DNA of 64,000 nt from Eledone cirrhosa (Eukaryota), in the NCBI GenBank assembly GCA_964016885.1, contig OZ024743.1, positions 156,116,001 to 156,180,000 of the forward strand. Direction: 5' to 3'. Under the pieces are notes generated by a model. That model was not told the origin of the DNA. It worked only from the letters and a program-made list of their open reading frames with translations, and did no database searches. Positions within the stretch are counted from its first letter, which is position 1, and each line of letters opens with the position of its first letter. Shown in pieces: positions 28,524 to 41,371 of this stretch. The position numbers and the translations under genes were made by a program.

Positions 28524-29488
28524 AGGAGGTGAGTGTTAATGTAGTACAATAAAGCAATGCAGATATAGGATAAGGAGCACTCTACAATTTGTAGGACTGG
28601 AGTATACATAATATATAAGAACAAAAGATGGTTAAAAGAGTTCCATGTATTTTATTATGCGCATTTCAAAAACAAATATCATCATGCAATAATATTTGTG
28701 TTTTAATCATATAAAACAGGAAGACATGATATGAAGGTTAAAAAACACTTGTCTCCACTGCCACCTCTTTTAAAGCTCGTCTTTATAACCATCATTCGTC
28801 TTTTAAATACAAACTTAAAAGAACCAACACGGCTCTCTCAGAGATCATATGGTCCTTGAAAGACAAAAATATTAAATATAGCATCTTTTGGAAGAAGGTT
28901 TCTTCTGCGTCTCCATACTTGAACAGTTCTCTATCCAAAATTTGCAATCTCTGTCTAAATGAAAAATGTACCATTATATCTAATTTAGATTCTATAATAA
29001 ATAGATCACTGACTTGTTTTCTATCTGCTTGCATAAATTCCACAAAACATTCCACAAAGTATACAGCTAATATTCTTTATCAATTTAGAATCTTTTTCTC
29101 AAAGGCACATATATATATATATACACTTCTTTAAAAATATACCCATCTTTCTACCTTATTTCAAAGGTTAGTATACATTCTATAATACTTGTTACTCATT
29201 CTATATATCGCTCCTATTTATCAATTCCCTTTCTTCTGTTTTTCTTTTAAAGTCTAACCCCTAATCTGTACCTTTTCTCACTGTTGCCTAACATAGAATC
29301 AATTATTACATAATACAATACATTCTTACACTATATCACCTTGTAAAAATCCTTCGATAACAAACATTTTTTTGACGTTAGATTATTCATCCTCAATTCA
29401 TTATTTTTTTCTCCCTTTCATCTTACTCATTCATGCTCATCTCACAATATATCCTTACTTAAATTACCTGTTATTCTTTTTCATAATA

Positions 29489-29715
29489 CATATCAACATT
29501 TTCTTTCCATCGCACATATTATTAAACCCTTAATATCATTCTTAATACATATTAACTTTTTCTTTTCCATCGCACATGTTATTAAACCCTTAAATATTAT
29601 TCTTAATACATATTAACATTTTCTTTTCATCGCACATGTTATTAAACTCTTAAATATTATTCTTAATACATATTAACATTTTCTTTTCATCGCACATATT
29701 ATTAAACCCCTTAAT
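29489..29715. repeat. ~60-bp minisatellite, about 4 copies
   Basis: CATATTAACATTTTCTTTTCATCGCACATGTTATTAAACCCTTAAATATTATTCTTAATA repeated. Confidence 0.85.
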
Positions 29716-30064
29716 ATACAAACCTTAACTTTACATTATTTTTCTCTTCGTTAATTTTCAAATTCTTTTAATTTATACATTATCTTCCAACGGTTTTCAA
29801 CCTCTCTATATAAAACAATACATCTTTCTCAGTTATAAAAGTTATCTCTCTCTCTCTATCACCCATATCTCCTCCTATCTCATCTTTCCTAATTATACTC
29901 CTCCTTCTCCACTTGTTACTCTCATCTCCTCTTTTTCACCCCCCACCCCTCAAAATAAATATCTTTCCCAATATCACACATCAATCTAAAACTACTTTTC
30001 ATATGTTGATTTAAAACTGCACTATCCACAAGTGTTTTTTAACCTTCATATCATGTCTTCCTGT

Positions 30065-30129
30065 TTTATCTGATGAAAACACAAATATTATTGCATGATG
30101 ATATTTGTTTTTGAAATGCGCATAATAAA
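30065..30129 (+). ncRNA. Type-I hammerhead ribozyme with an intact core
   Basis: tttat-CTGATGA-aaacacaaatatta...atatttgttttt-GAAA-TGCGCA-TA-ataaa; the inverted copy near 28650-28715 has a mutated core. Confidence 0.8.
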
Positions 30130-30161
30130 TACATGGAACTCTTTTAACCATCTTTTATTCT

Positions 30162-30239
<78 letters not shown>

Positions 30240-30243
<4 letters not shown>

Positions 30244-30372
30244 GTAAGTATGTATGTATACGTACATACATATATGTATACAGACGTACAGTAGCATGCA
30301 TATATATACATACAGGCACACATATATATATGCACGTATCAGTTTACCGAACATTTATTATAATGCTCGGTT
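30240..30372 (-). repeat. Dispersed fragment of the ~425-bp HHR array unit
   Basis: TACATACATATATGTATACAGACGTACAGTAG...ACCGAACATTTATTATAATGCTCGGT matches 40805-40927. Confidence 0.75.
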
Positions 30373-30990
30373 ATATATTAAAGTTACGTGATCCCGAAGG
30401 AATAGCAAGGGAAAATATAGTGCGCTATGTATAGAACAGAGCTATTTAATTAGAAAGTGAACAACACAAAATATAACTACTCCATTACCAAAGGTTTCTA
30501 GATCCTAGACAATAATAATGTACGTCTAAATCGGTCGCCAGACAGAGATGTTATGGATAAACAAATATGTAAAGAGATTTAAAATCTGTTAAAAATTGGA
30601 AGTGAGGCTGGATAGATAATGGGAAATATACATAAGAAAAAAGAGTAGGAAAAATAATATATTAAAATATATGGCAATATACATGTATGTATATATACAT
30701 ATATATATTTTACTTTTATCTGAATGTGTGTACGTGTGTGTATATGTATGCACACACGTGTCTTTTTCTATATTGCTATATATTTCTATACATTATTTTC
30801 CTTACCTTTCTATTCATATGTATATTTCCCATTATCTTTCCAGCCTCACTTCCAATATATATATATGTATATATATATATTGTTATACTTTGGGAGGGTC
30901 ATGTTGCCAATAATATATATATTTTAAGAGCGATCGACTTTTCGTCAAATCGGACCGAGGGAACAATGTTTCCGTTGGTCTTTCCAATTG

Positions 30991-31448
<458 letters not shown>

Positions 31449-31502
31449 ATCGGGTTCAACACACGATTTCAGATAAAGAATCTTGCTAAACAAATTTAGA
31501 AA

Positions 31503-31541
<39 letters not shown>

Positions 31542-31641
31542 AAATTGAGGTTGGTAATGGCACATGGAATATATAAGAGACAGAATACTTTTTTGTGAAA
31601 AAACATAATTTTATAAGGTAAGGAAATAATAAAGGGTATAA

Positions 31642-31688
31642 AAAATGACCGGTTTCGATGGGTCTGCAAAAGCCATCTTTTCAAATGT
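31642..31688 (-). ncRNA. Variant hammerhead (U3-A8 core) in the inverted arm
   Basis: Reverse complement of 37453-37500. Confidence 0.5.
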
Positions 31689-31961
31689 TGATTAATATTA
31701 AGAAAAATTAATAATACGAAGAGTTAAAATTTGAGACTTGAAAATTCAAGTATAAAATTCATTGTGGGATTTCATAGCAGTTTTCATCTAGGTAGCAACA
31801 ACAGGTTGACTGCTGTGTCCCTTTCTGGTAGTGAATGAGAAGTTATTTGGGGTGTGGGTTATTTTATAAAGGTCAGATTTAGCAATAGCCAGCTGCTGGT
31901 CAGTGAGGGGGTGGAAGCAATATACACACACATACCTTCATCCACACATACATACACATAC

Positions 31962-32026
<65 letters not shown>

Positions 32027-32141
32027 CACACATACATACACACACACATACATATACATACACACATACACACACACACACATATATATACACATACACA
32101 CACACACGTATATATACACATACACATACATCCAGATACAC

Positions 32142-32184
<43 letters not shown>

Positions 32185-32189
32185 CACAC

Positions 32190-32231
<42 letters not shown>

Positions 32232-33075
32232 CCCCACACATACATACACACACACATATATATATACACATACACACATACAAACATACACACACACACA
32301 CACACACACATATATGTACACACATACACACACATATATATACACACACACACACACACATGCATATATATATATATATACACATACGCATACATCCAGA
32401 TACCCACATACATACACACACACACACACACAATACATACATCCACATGCACACACATACTCACACACACACACACACACATACATACACCCACACACAG
32501 AGAAATGGCCTTCAAATATATATATATATATATATACACACACAGACACATATATTTTTTCCATAATATAAGAAGTTGGGGCAGTGAAATTAAAATAATT
32601 CTGTGTGCGCATATATACATAGATATACGTGTGTGCACGTGCAGGGTTTAACATGGATGTGTTGGTCACACAAAGGCATGGTCTGTCAATGAATAAACCT
32701 GATTCTACAGAATTGGTCTCTGGTCTTTAATAGTAGTGATTCCGTGCGTATGTGTGTTTATATTTTATGACAATTCTATTGGGGTGATAACCCGTTTAGT
32801 TTTGGTTTAAATTTGTTAAGGAATAGATTTTCTTTGTTTATTCTTTGTTGTTGTGTGAACGAATCTGAGCACTTGTAGAAGGGGAAGATTTTAAAGTTGG
32901 GTAGTGTCATTCCTGCGCAGTTCGCAATATGGCTGCTCAAGGGGATTTTTCTTGTGTTAGCGTCCCGGATTTGTTGGCGGTGGATGGTCATTCTTTTGCG
33001 TAATGAGGAGCCCGTCTGTCCTATGTAGTTGTGTTTGCACCCACCGCAAGTTATTGCGTAAATCAAGTTCTCCGA

Positions 33076-34127
33076 CATTGCTCCATATCAAAAACCAAAT
33101 GGGACACCTCTGGAAAAAACATCTAAAAACCAGAAAATTCACTTTCTGGAATATGATAAAAAACCTCAACAAAGCTGGAATTTACCAAAAATGGATTAAC
33201 TCAACACCGATAGTTTTACCACGTAAATTCCAAATAAAGCATATTACAAACGAACCTGAACCAGAAAGAAAACTCCGTGAACAAATGTCACTCAACAGGA
33301 TAAACATGGAAATAGAACTCCTAAAATTAAGGGCCACCTCAAACGAGCAAGAGTATAAGGATACTGATAAAAATATGGAGGAAGAATGCACTAAAAAGGC
33401 CGAGGGAACAACCCTACAAAATTTAATCAAATCGTGGAAACAGGACTGCGAGAATGCAGAAACTATTTCCCTTAAACGGTGGGAAAAATCCGAAAACTGG
33501 TTCCTCAAATATGAAGAAGACTTTAAAAGGACGCACCAAACAGGTAACCCCTTTATAAAGCATTTGAACATAACAAGAACTACAACAGACACATTTACAC
33601 CACCAAACCCAACACACACTAACCACAGGCACATCCCCCACCAACACAAACCAAATACGGCCAACTACACCAAAAGAAACACACCCAACCACCACAACAC
33701 AGGTTTCCGTAGAAATGCCCCCTACATAAACCAACGACGAAATAACATAGATCCAACTCACAACACACACACCACATTCCTCAGAAGAAATCCACCCAGG
33801 CCACTTGAAATCACAACAGAACTTACCCACAACCACACCAGACATCACCCTCAATCCAACAAAAGACAACCCCCCAGCCTCAACACTCTGTACCACAGAA
33901 ATAACGCACCCAGACCACATGAACCAACAACAGAACCCTTGCTCATCAACAACCACAACACATACCACCCCCACCATCACATTCACCCTCATGAAACAAC
34001 AAGCTACAGACCCACACGCAACAGACCAACAAAATATAATCACACACAAAACTACATTCCTTTTTTAGGGAAAAGCCTGAAATACCAGGATACTCGATGG
34101 CCCCCCCTCAGGAGAAACCAAAAATAA
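33076..34127 (+). CDS. PLE upstream ORF (5'-truncated by the inversion): charged helical region, then a His/Thr/Asn/Pro-rich low-complexity tail
   Basis: Open frame of ~350 codons within ORF 33003-34127; homologous remnant in the decayed copy at 47469-47708. Confidence 0.7.
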
Positions 34128-36372
34128 TCAACCTCTCAAAGACACCTCTAACCAACACACAAATCAACATTTTAAGTAAGGGCCTGAAATTTACACCTAC
34201 ACCACGTAAACCAAACTTCCCCGAAATGAAGGATGACATCATGGAATACTGCCGAAAGCTGCGACTAACGGAATTCTTCCACAACGACACCAACACTGAA
34301 GACGAATCACTGGTTAGAAATAAAAGCAATTTCTGCCCACAAAAGGGAAGAAATAAAGCACTGGACACGTACTGCGAACACATCACCAACTTTCCCTATG
34401 AAACAATTACAAATAAACACACGAAATCAAACCTTCTACACACGAATGGGAAGAATTATTCACACTTAGAAACAACCCTGAGATAACTATCAAAGAAGCC
34501 GATAAAGGCAGTACTGTTGTGATTATGAATACGGACTACTATAGGACCCTCGCACTTAACATTTTAGAAAACAACACATACTATGAAAAAACAGAAAACT
34601 ACAAACACACCAAAACAATGGGGAACCTTTTGACCTTACTGAATAAATACCGCAACAGCTTAACCACAAAAGAGTTTAACTATATAAGCCACTTCAAATG
34701 CAATACAAGCTCTTTTTACGGCTTACCGAAACTTCACAAATGTAAACCCATAAACGATGCATGTGACACCTCAACCAACAATTACATTGAACTAACACCA
34801 CCAGAAGACCTAAAACTCAGGCCAATTATAGCAGGCCCTACATGTGAAACCCACAGACTTAGCAACTTTCTGGACATCCTACTGAAACCCTTTCTACAAC
34901 ATATACAGAGCTACATACGAGATGACCTTGACATGCTGAAACACCTCCCTAAAACAGTAAGTGCAAATACAATTCTTGTCTCCTTTGACGTAATAAACCT
35001 CTACACAAACATACCTCACAACTATGGAATAACAGCAGTCCAATACTGGCTTAACACACACCCATCAGAAATACCGACACGCATCAACACAGATTTTATC
35101 ACTGACGGACTCCGCTTTATCCTACAAAATAACTACTTCACATTCAATGGTTCAACATACAGACAAGTATCAGGTACGGCAATGGGCACGAAAGTAGCAC
35201 CCACATATGCCAACCTAGTCATGGGATTCCATGAACAACAAATATACAGTCAGTCCCTTCTCTTATTTGGAGACTCTTTCCACACACACCTCAAAGCCAA
35301 TTGGAAAAGATATCTAGACGACTGCTTTATCCTATGGCAAGAAGACATGAACTCACTTACTACGTTTAAAAACATGATAAACAACATAGATAATAACATA
35401 CAATTCACAATGGAATCCAATCCTAAGGAATTAGCCTTCTTGGATATTCTCATCTCTGTAATAGACGGGAAATTAGATACAGATATATTCTATAAACCCA
35501 CAGATTCCAAGCAATACCTCTTTTTCACATCAAGTCACCCAAAACATACAAAACTTAACATTCCTTACAATTTGGCCAAACGTATATGTACCATAGTATC
35601 AGATCCACCTAAACGGGAGCAAAGACTAAAGGAACTAAAAGACACCCTTATCTTAAGAGCCTTTCCACTTGAAATAATCAACAATGGAATAGACAGGGCA
35701 AAACACCTAAATCCCCATCAACTTAACAATCCAAAACAGAAAACCACACTCAACACCCTGCCATATGTATCCACTTTCAACCCCAGAAATACCGAAATGT
35801 TTGATCACCTACACAAAAACCTCCCCATCCTACTTAAAGATGCAAAAATGAAGTCTATTCTTGAAACACACAAGATCCTTAAAAGTAAAAGACAACCCAA
35901 ATCACTTAAACGCATTCTCACTGGACCAAATATACCCAAACCAATCCTCAACCCTACAGTTACCAAATGTGGTAGAACAAACTGTGGAACGTGCCTCTAC
36001 CTCACTGAAGGACAAACATTTACATTCAAAGATGGCCAAACATTTACAGTAAAAAACAATTTCACCTGCAACTCGGAGAACTTGATTTACGCAATAACTT
36101 GCGGTGGGTGCAAACAAAACTACATAGGACAGACGGGCACCTCATTACGCAAAAGAATGACCATCCACCGCCAACAAATCCGGGACGCTAACACAAGAAA
36201 AATCCCCTTGAGCAGCCATATTGCGAACTGCGCAGGAATGACACTACCCAACTTTAAAATCTTCCCCTTCTACAAGTGCTCAGATTCGTTCACACAACAA
36301 CAAAGAATAAACAAAGAAAATCTATTCCTTAACAAATTTAAACCAAAACTAAACGGGTTATCACCCCAATAG
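34097..36372 (+). CDS. PLE reverse transcriptase + GIY-YIG endonuclease; one apparent 1-nt deletion near 34433
   Basis: IINLS...LSKGLKFTPTP; ADKG; FYGLPKLHK; RPIIAG; DV.NLYTNIP; GTAMGTK.APTYANL; RYLDD; FLD; CGRTNCGTC; LIYAITC..C...YIGQT. Confidence 0.92.
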
Positions 36373-36910
36373 AATTGTCATAAAATATAAACACACATAC
36401 GCACGGAATCACTACTATTAAAGACCAGAGACCAATTCTGTAGAATCAGGTTTATTCATTGACAGACCATGCCTTTGTGTGACCAACACATCCATGTTAA
36501 ACCCTGCACGTGCACACACGTATATCTATGTATATATGCGCACACAGAATTATTTTAATTTCACTGCCCCAACTTCTTATATTATGGAAAAAATATATGT
36601 GTCTGTGTGTGTATATATATATATATATATATTTGAAGGCCATTTCTCTGTGTGTGGGTGTATGTATGTGTATGTGTGTGTGTGTGTGAGTATGTGTGTG
36701 CATGTGGATGTATGTATTGTGTGTGTGTGTGTATGTATGTGGGTATCTGGATGTATGCGTATGTGTATATATATATATATATGCATGTGTGTGTGTGTGT
36801 GTGTATATATATGTGTGTGTATGTGTGTACATATATGTGTGTGTGTGTGTGTGTGTATGTTTGTATGTGTGTATGTATATATATATGTGTGTGTGTATGT
36901 ATGTGTGGGG

Positions 36911-37012
<102 letters not shown>

Positions 37013-37127
37013 GTGTATCTGGATGTATGTGGATGTGTATATATATGTGTGTGTGTGTATGTGTATATATATGTGTGTGTGTGTGTATGTGTGTATGTAT
37101 ATGTATGTGTGTGTGTATGTATGTGTG

Positions 37128-37180
<53 letters not shown>

Positions 37181-37452
37181 GTATGTGTATGTATGTGTGC
37201 ATGAAGGTATGTGTGTGTATATTGCTTCCACCCCCTCACTGACCAGCAGCTGGCTATTGCTAAATCTGACCTTTATAAAATAACCCACACCCCAAATAAC
37301 TTCTCATTCACTACCAGAAAGGGACACAGCAGTCAACCTGTTGTTGTTACCTAGATGAAAACTGCTATGAAATCCCACAATGAATTTTATACTTGAATTT
37401 TCAAGTCTCAAATTTTAACTCTTCGTATTATTAATTTTTCTTAATATTAATC

Positions 37453-37500
37453 AACATTTGAAAAGATGGCTTTTGCAGACCCATCGAAACCGGTCATTTT
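37453..37500 (+). ncRNA. Variant minimal hammerhead (U3-A8 core)
   Basis: aacat-TTGAAAA-gatgg(cttttgcagac)ccatc-GAAA-CCGG-TC-atttt; stem I imperfect. Confidence 0.55.
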
Positions 37501-37636
37501 TTATACCCTTTATTATTTCCTTACCTTATAAAATTATGTTTTTTCACAAAAAAGTATTCTGTCTCTTATATATTCCATGTGCCATTACCAACCTCAATTT
37601 TCTCTATAACCTTCGTTTTGTGTAGAAAATTACACT

Positions 37637-37786
<150 letters not shown>

Positions 37787-37825
37787 GAATATAGAGAAAG
37801 TAATGTAAAGAAGCCAACAGTAATT

Positions 37826-38530
37826 CAGACATATAAGTGACTATTACATCACGATGAAACATATTTAACGTAAGATATGGGAAAATAATTTAATCCAAAT
37901 TCAAAACCAGTCAAGACCAGAAATGTTATCCACAGATTTTGTGTAATCCGGTGAAAAAAACAATAGAATCCTAAAATTAAGAGTAAATACTTATCTGTTC
38001 CTCAATGGTGTTCAGCAACGTTAACTAAGAACTACAGCTAAAATGTGCCAAAGGGGAATTTAAAAGCAGGCTATTCAAACCTCGTGTGGAATTAAATTAA
38101 TAAACACATATGGAGACAGGGCTAGTGACCTACGAAGGAGACGAATGTATGTTTACAAGAAACAGCAGTCAAAACATTCCAAAAAAAACTCAACAAAATA
38201 TATGGAGTTCAGCATAAAGCAATATTATCGCGGTTTTTAAAAAAAAAATTCCGGGATTAGTCACAAATAATTTTAAGCACTCAATGAAAAATTCCGAGTA
38301 TAAATATATACATGAAAATAGAGAAATTAATTTAAGCAAGAAACCAACAGACATATAAGTGACTATTACGTCAAGATGAAAAATATTTAACGTAGGATAT
38401 GGGAATATATTTTAATCCCAATTCAAATCAAGTCAAAACCAGACATTTATACACAGACTTTGTGTAATCTCAGGAAAAAAATCCAATAGAATCTTAACTC
38501 AGAATAAAATTAAGAGTAAATACTTATCCG
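37826..38530. repeat. Diverged direct repeat of ~175 bp (37826-37998 / 38348-38530), unclassified
   Basis: CAGACATATAAGTGACTATTAC...GATATGGGAA...AAAATTAAGAGTAAATACTTATC occurs twice. Confidence 0.7.
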
Positions 38531-38920
38531 TCAATTTGGAAAAATCTACAAATGCACTATATATATATATATATATATATATTTATACGCAAGCATACAT
38601 CATATACATATACACATATAAACATATGCACACACACCATCATTTTCTTTGTTTCCCTTGTATTTGTGTATGTATATGTCTGCAGACTACTGTGTTAATA
38701 CACTTCTGTCTATGCCATGTGTTTATATATATATTTGCATGCGTATGTGTTATGTAGACGTATATTATTACTGTCTCGGATCCAGAAACCTTTGGTAATG
38801 CACCAAGAAAAAAATTAACTTTGACATGAAGGAAGTGCAAGAATTTATGGTTTTAACAAATATTTCTTTGCCTATTTCAATAGTTTACAAATGCTCACTA
38901 CAATATATATTATTCATTTA

Positions 38921-39748
38921 TCTATATATATAAAACTGAGGTTGTCTGTCTGCCTACTAAAACCTTCGGCACACATCTCCTCTTAAACCGTACGTTCAAA
39001 TTTCGGTGAAATTGCTACACTTATAGATGAAGTTCCGGCGGAACCATCGGTCAAATATATTTTCAAATAAGTTCTTGTTTTTGATTATGTAATCTATATA
39101 TATAAAGCTGTGGTTGTCTGTCTATCGATTTTTGGCACACATCTCCTCTTAGAATTTCTGATGGAATTGCACCGAAATTGCTATAATTGTACGTTCAGCC
39201 CTAGCGAAGACATCTGAAAAATAATATTTCAAATTGACCCACCCTATGTGACGAAATCGAATCTAATGTATCGATTTTTTAGCGTAAGTGACGAGTTGTT
39301 TCCCTTTGTTCTGTTTACATTGAGCGTCTTACGTTCTGTTTACATTTTGTGCGTGCAAAAATAAAAAAAATTACGCTGGCTTTCTCAGCGTTTAAAATGA
39401 CATTAACACAATACACGAACAGTTGTCGAGCCAGCAAAATGTTGACCTGCAAAATTCATCAGTTCGAACACTAAGCTTCCGTTTTGCTTCATTTCCATTT
39501 AAAAGCCTTTTAAAACAATATTTTTACTTGAAAACAAGTCTATTTAAAGATTACGTAAAACAAGCAAATATTTCGTTAAAAAAGGCAAAAATTATATAAG
39601 TTTATTTAAAATATATGTATCTGTAAATTTCGTTAGGCGTGCAGACAGACAGTCGTGCAGACAGACTTTAAGCCAAAAAAGAAACTTAACATTGTAACTT
39701 TAACACAGCTACTGAGCGACCCCGAGCAACGCCGGGCTTTACTGCTAG
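38921..39748 (+). mobile_element. Non-autonomous Helitron
   Basis: Inserted between A and T; 5' TCTATATATATAAA; 3' hairpin CCCGAGCAACGCCGGG followed by CTAG; second 5' end at 39093. Confidence 0.8.
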
Positions 39749-39892
39749 TATACAATATATATAGTATAAACACTTAACATGTATGTGCTACCATATATGG
39801 CCACCCTTGTATATTAGAGGAGACACTTTTAAACTGGCCCTTTTTGTGGCACGTGTACACGAGTATGAAAAGGGAAATTGTTATCCCATCCC

Positions 39893-39965
<73 letters not shown>

Positions 39966-40019
39966 GGATGGGATAACAATCTCTCTTTTCATTCTTTAAT
40001 ATATTCTCCTCTAATATAC

Positions 40020-40790
40020 AGTAGCATAGGTGAAAGGATAGTCCAACACAGGGGAGAACTAAAAGGACAAAAAACGGTTCACTACTATACGAACACACCA
40101 GTCAACAATATGACGGCAACATAGACAACATAGAAATTAAAATAATATCTAAACATAGAAGTAACCCACCAGATAGGCAAATCAGAGAGGCAAGCGAAAT
40201 AGAACTTAGAAGGCCAAAGCTAAACAGAAAAAAATGAATGGAATAACAACAACGCCCAAACAAACAATACTGACCTAAGAGAAATATAAATAAATAAATA
40301 AATAAATAAATGAATAAATAAATAATAAATGAATATACACAAGCACAATAACAACAAACACATATAAAAACACACTAGTAATTTAAGTTAGAATACAATA
40401 ACTAAAACACAGTCACCCAAACGCGAACACACGCCAAACACTATACACACACGCAAACGCATGCGTAGAGAATAAGACAAAAATAAATAAATATACAGAT
40501 TAAATAAAGATGGGGTAGACATACAATACACCAGGAGGAACATAATAGCACCACCAACGGTGTTGCAGATGTGCAACAAAATAACTTTGTTAGAGTATAT
40601 ATATATGTTTATATCTATATGATATCTGCATTTTTGACCGTTGATCAGTCAATGGTAAACATTGAGGGCGAATAAATTAACTGACATAAAAGATACAGAA
40701 GCGAAAACCAACCAAACAGTGAGTATGTTCTGTTATTAATTCTGGCAATGTTATTACAACAATATGACCCTCCCCATGTATAACAGAATA
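40020..40790 (+). mobile_element. Degraded PLE 3' fragment related to 4165-5085
   Basis: SIGERIVQH...NIEIKIISKHR...RQIREASEIELRRPKLNRK.EWN; related terminus at 40743-40790. Confidence 0.65.
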
Positions 40791-41320
40791 TATTTAAATA
40801 TATAAGTATGTACACGTACATACATATATGTATACAGACGTACAGTAGTATGTATATATATACACATACATGCACATATATATATATATACGTATGGATT
40901 CACCGAACATTTATCATAATGCTCGGTGTGTTTGTAAACAAACATCTCGTATTAAGCCGTAGTGTCTAGCCACCATCGTTGCTCGTTTGTTCAACACTGA
41001 CAAAGGAACGCTGTACGGGTTTCAAGCTTATTGGCTATCGTCTCGCAACGTATAGAATCCTGCCAGATTGTTGAACGCATATACTTACCTTATGCATATT
41101 AACGGCTGAGTAGCCCAATTTGTATATCGAGTGGGTTAATCGGCCGGGTGCACCGTAAACGATGAACGGAGAAATTGAAACGAAATTTCATTTCCCACTC
41201 TTAGTACGGCCGTTACTTAAATATAAGTATGTGCACGTGCATACATATATGTATACAGACGTACAGTAGTATGTATATATATATACATACGTGCAGACAT
41301 ATATATATGTACGTATGGAC
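40790..41320 (-). repeat. Inverted ~1.25 units of the HHR array
   Basis: Reverse complement of the array unit; HHR at 41009-41050 has a damaged core (CGAGACGA). Confidence 0.85.
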
Positions 41321-41330
41321 GGAAGGTATA

Positions 41331-41371
41331 CGTTGCTGACGATAGCTAATAAGCTTGAAACTAGTACAGCG
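41331..41371 (+). ncRNA. Minimal type-I hammerhead, unit 1 (intact core)
   Basis: cgttg-CTGACGA-t-agct(aata)agct-t-GAAA-CTAG-TA-cagcg. Confidence 0.8.

Larger units (their letters stand above)
28608..30170 (+). mobile_element. Truncated Penelope-like element with inverted ends (28608-28753 / 30028-30170)
   Basis: GIY-YIG C-terminal remnant FKARLYNHHSSF...TALSEIIWSLKD...W....ASPY....ICNLCLNEK at ~28765-29060; terminal arms are reverse complements. Confidence 0.8.

Noticed and set aside
31854-32669. Long YI/HT/CV-rich ORFs here and at 36.5-37.3, 54.6-55.0 and 62.6-63.1 kb
   Set aside because: Translations of TA/CA/TG microsatellites, which lack stop codons
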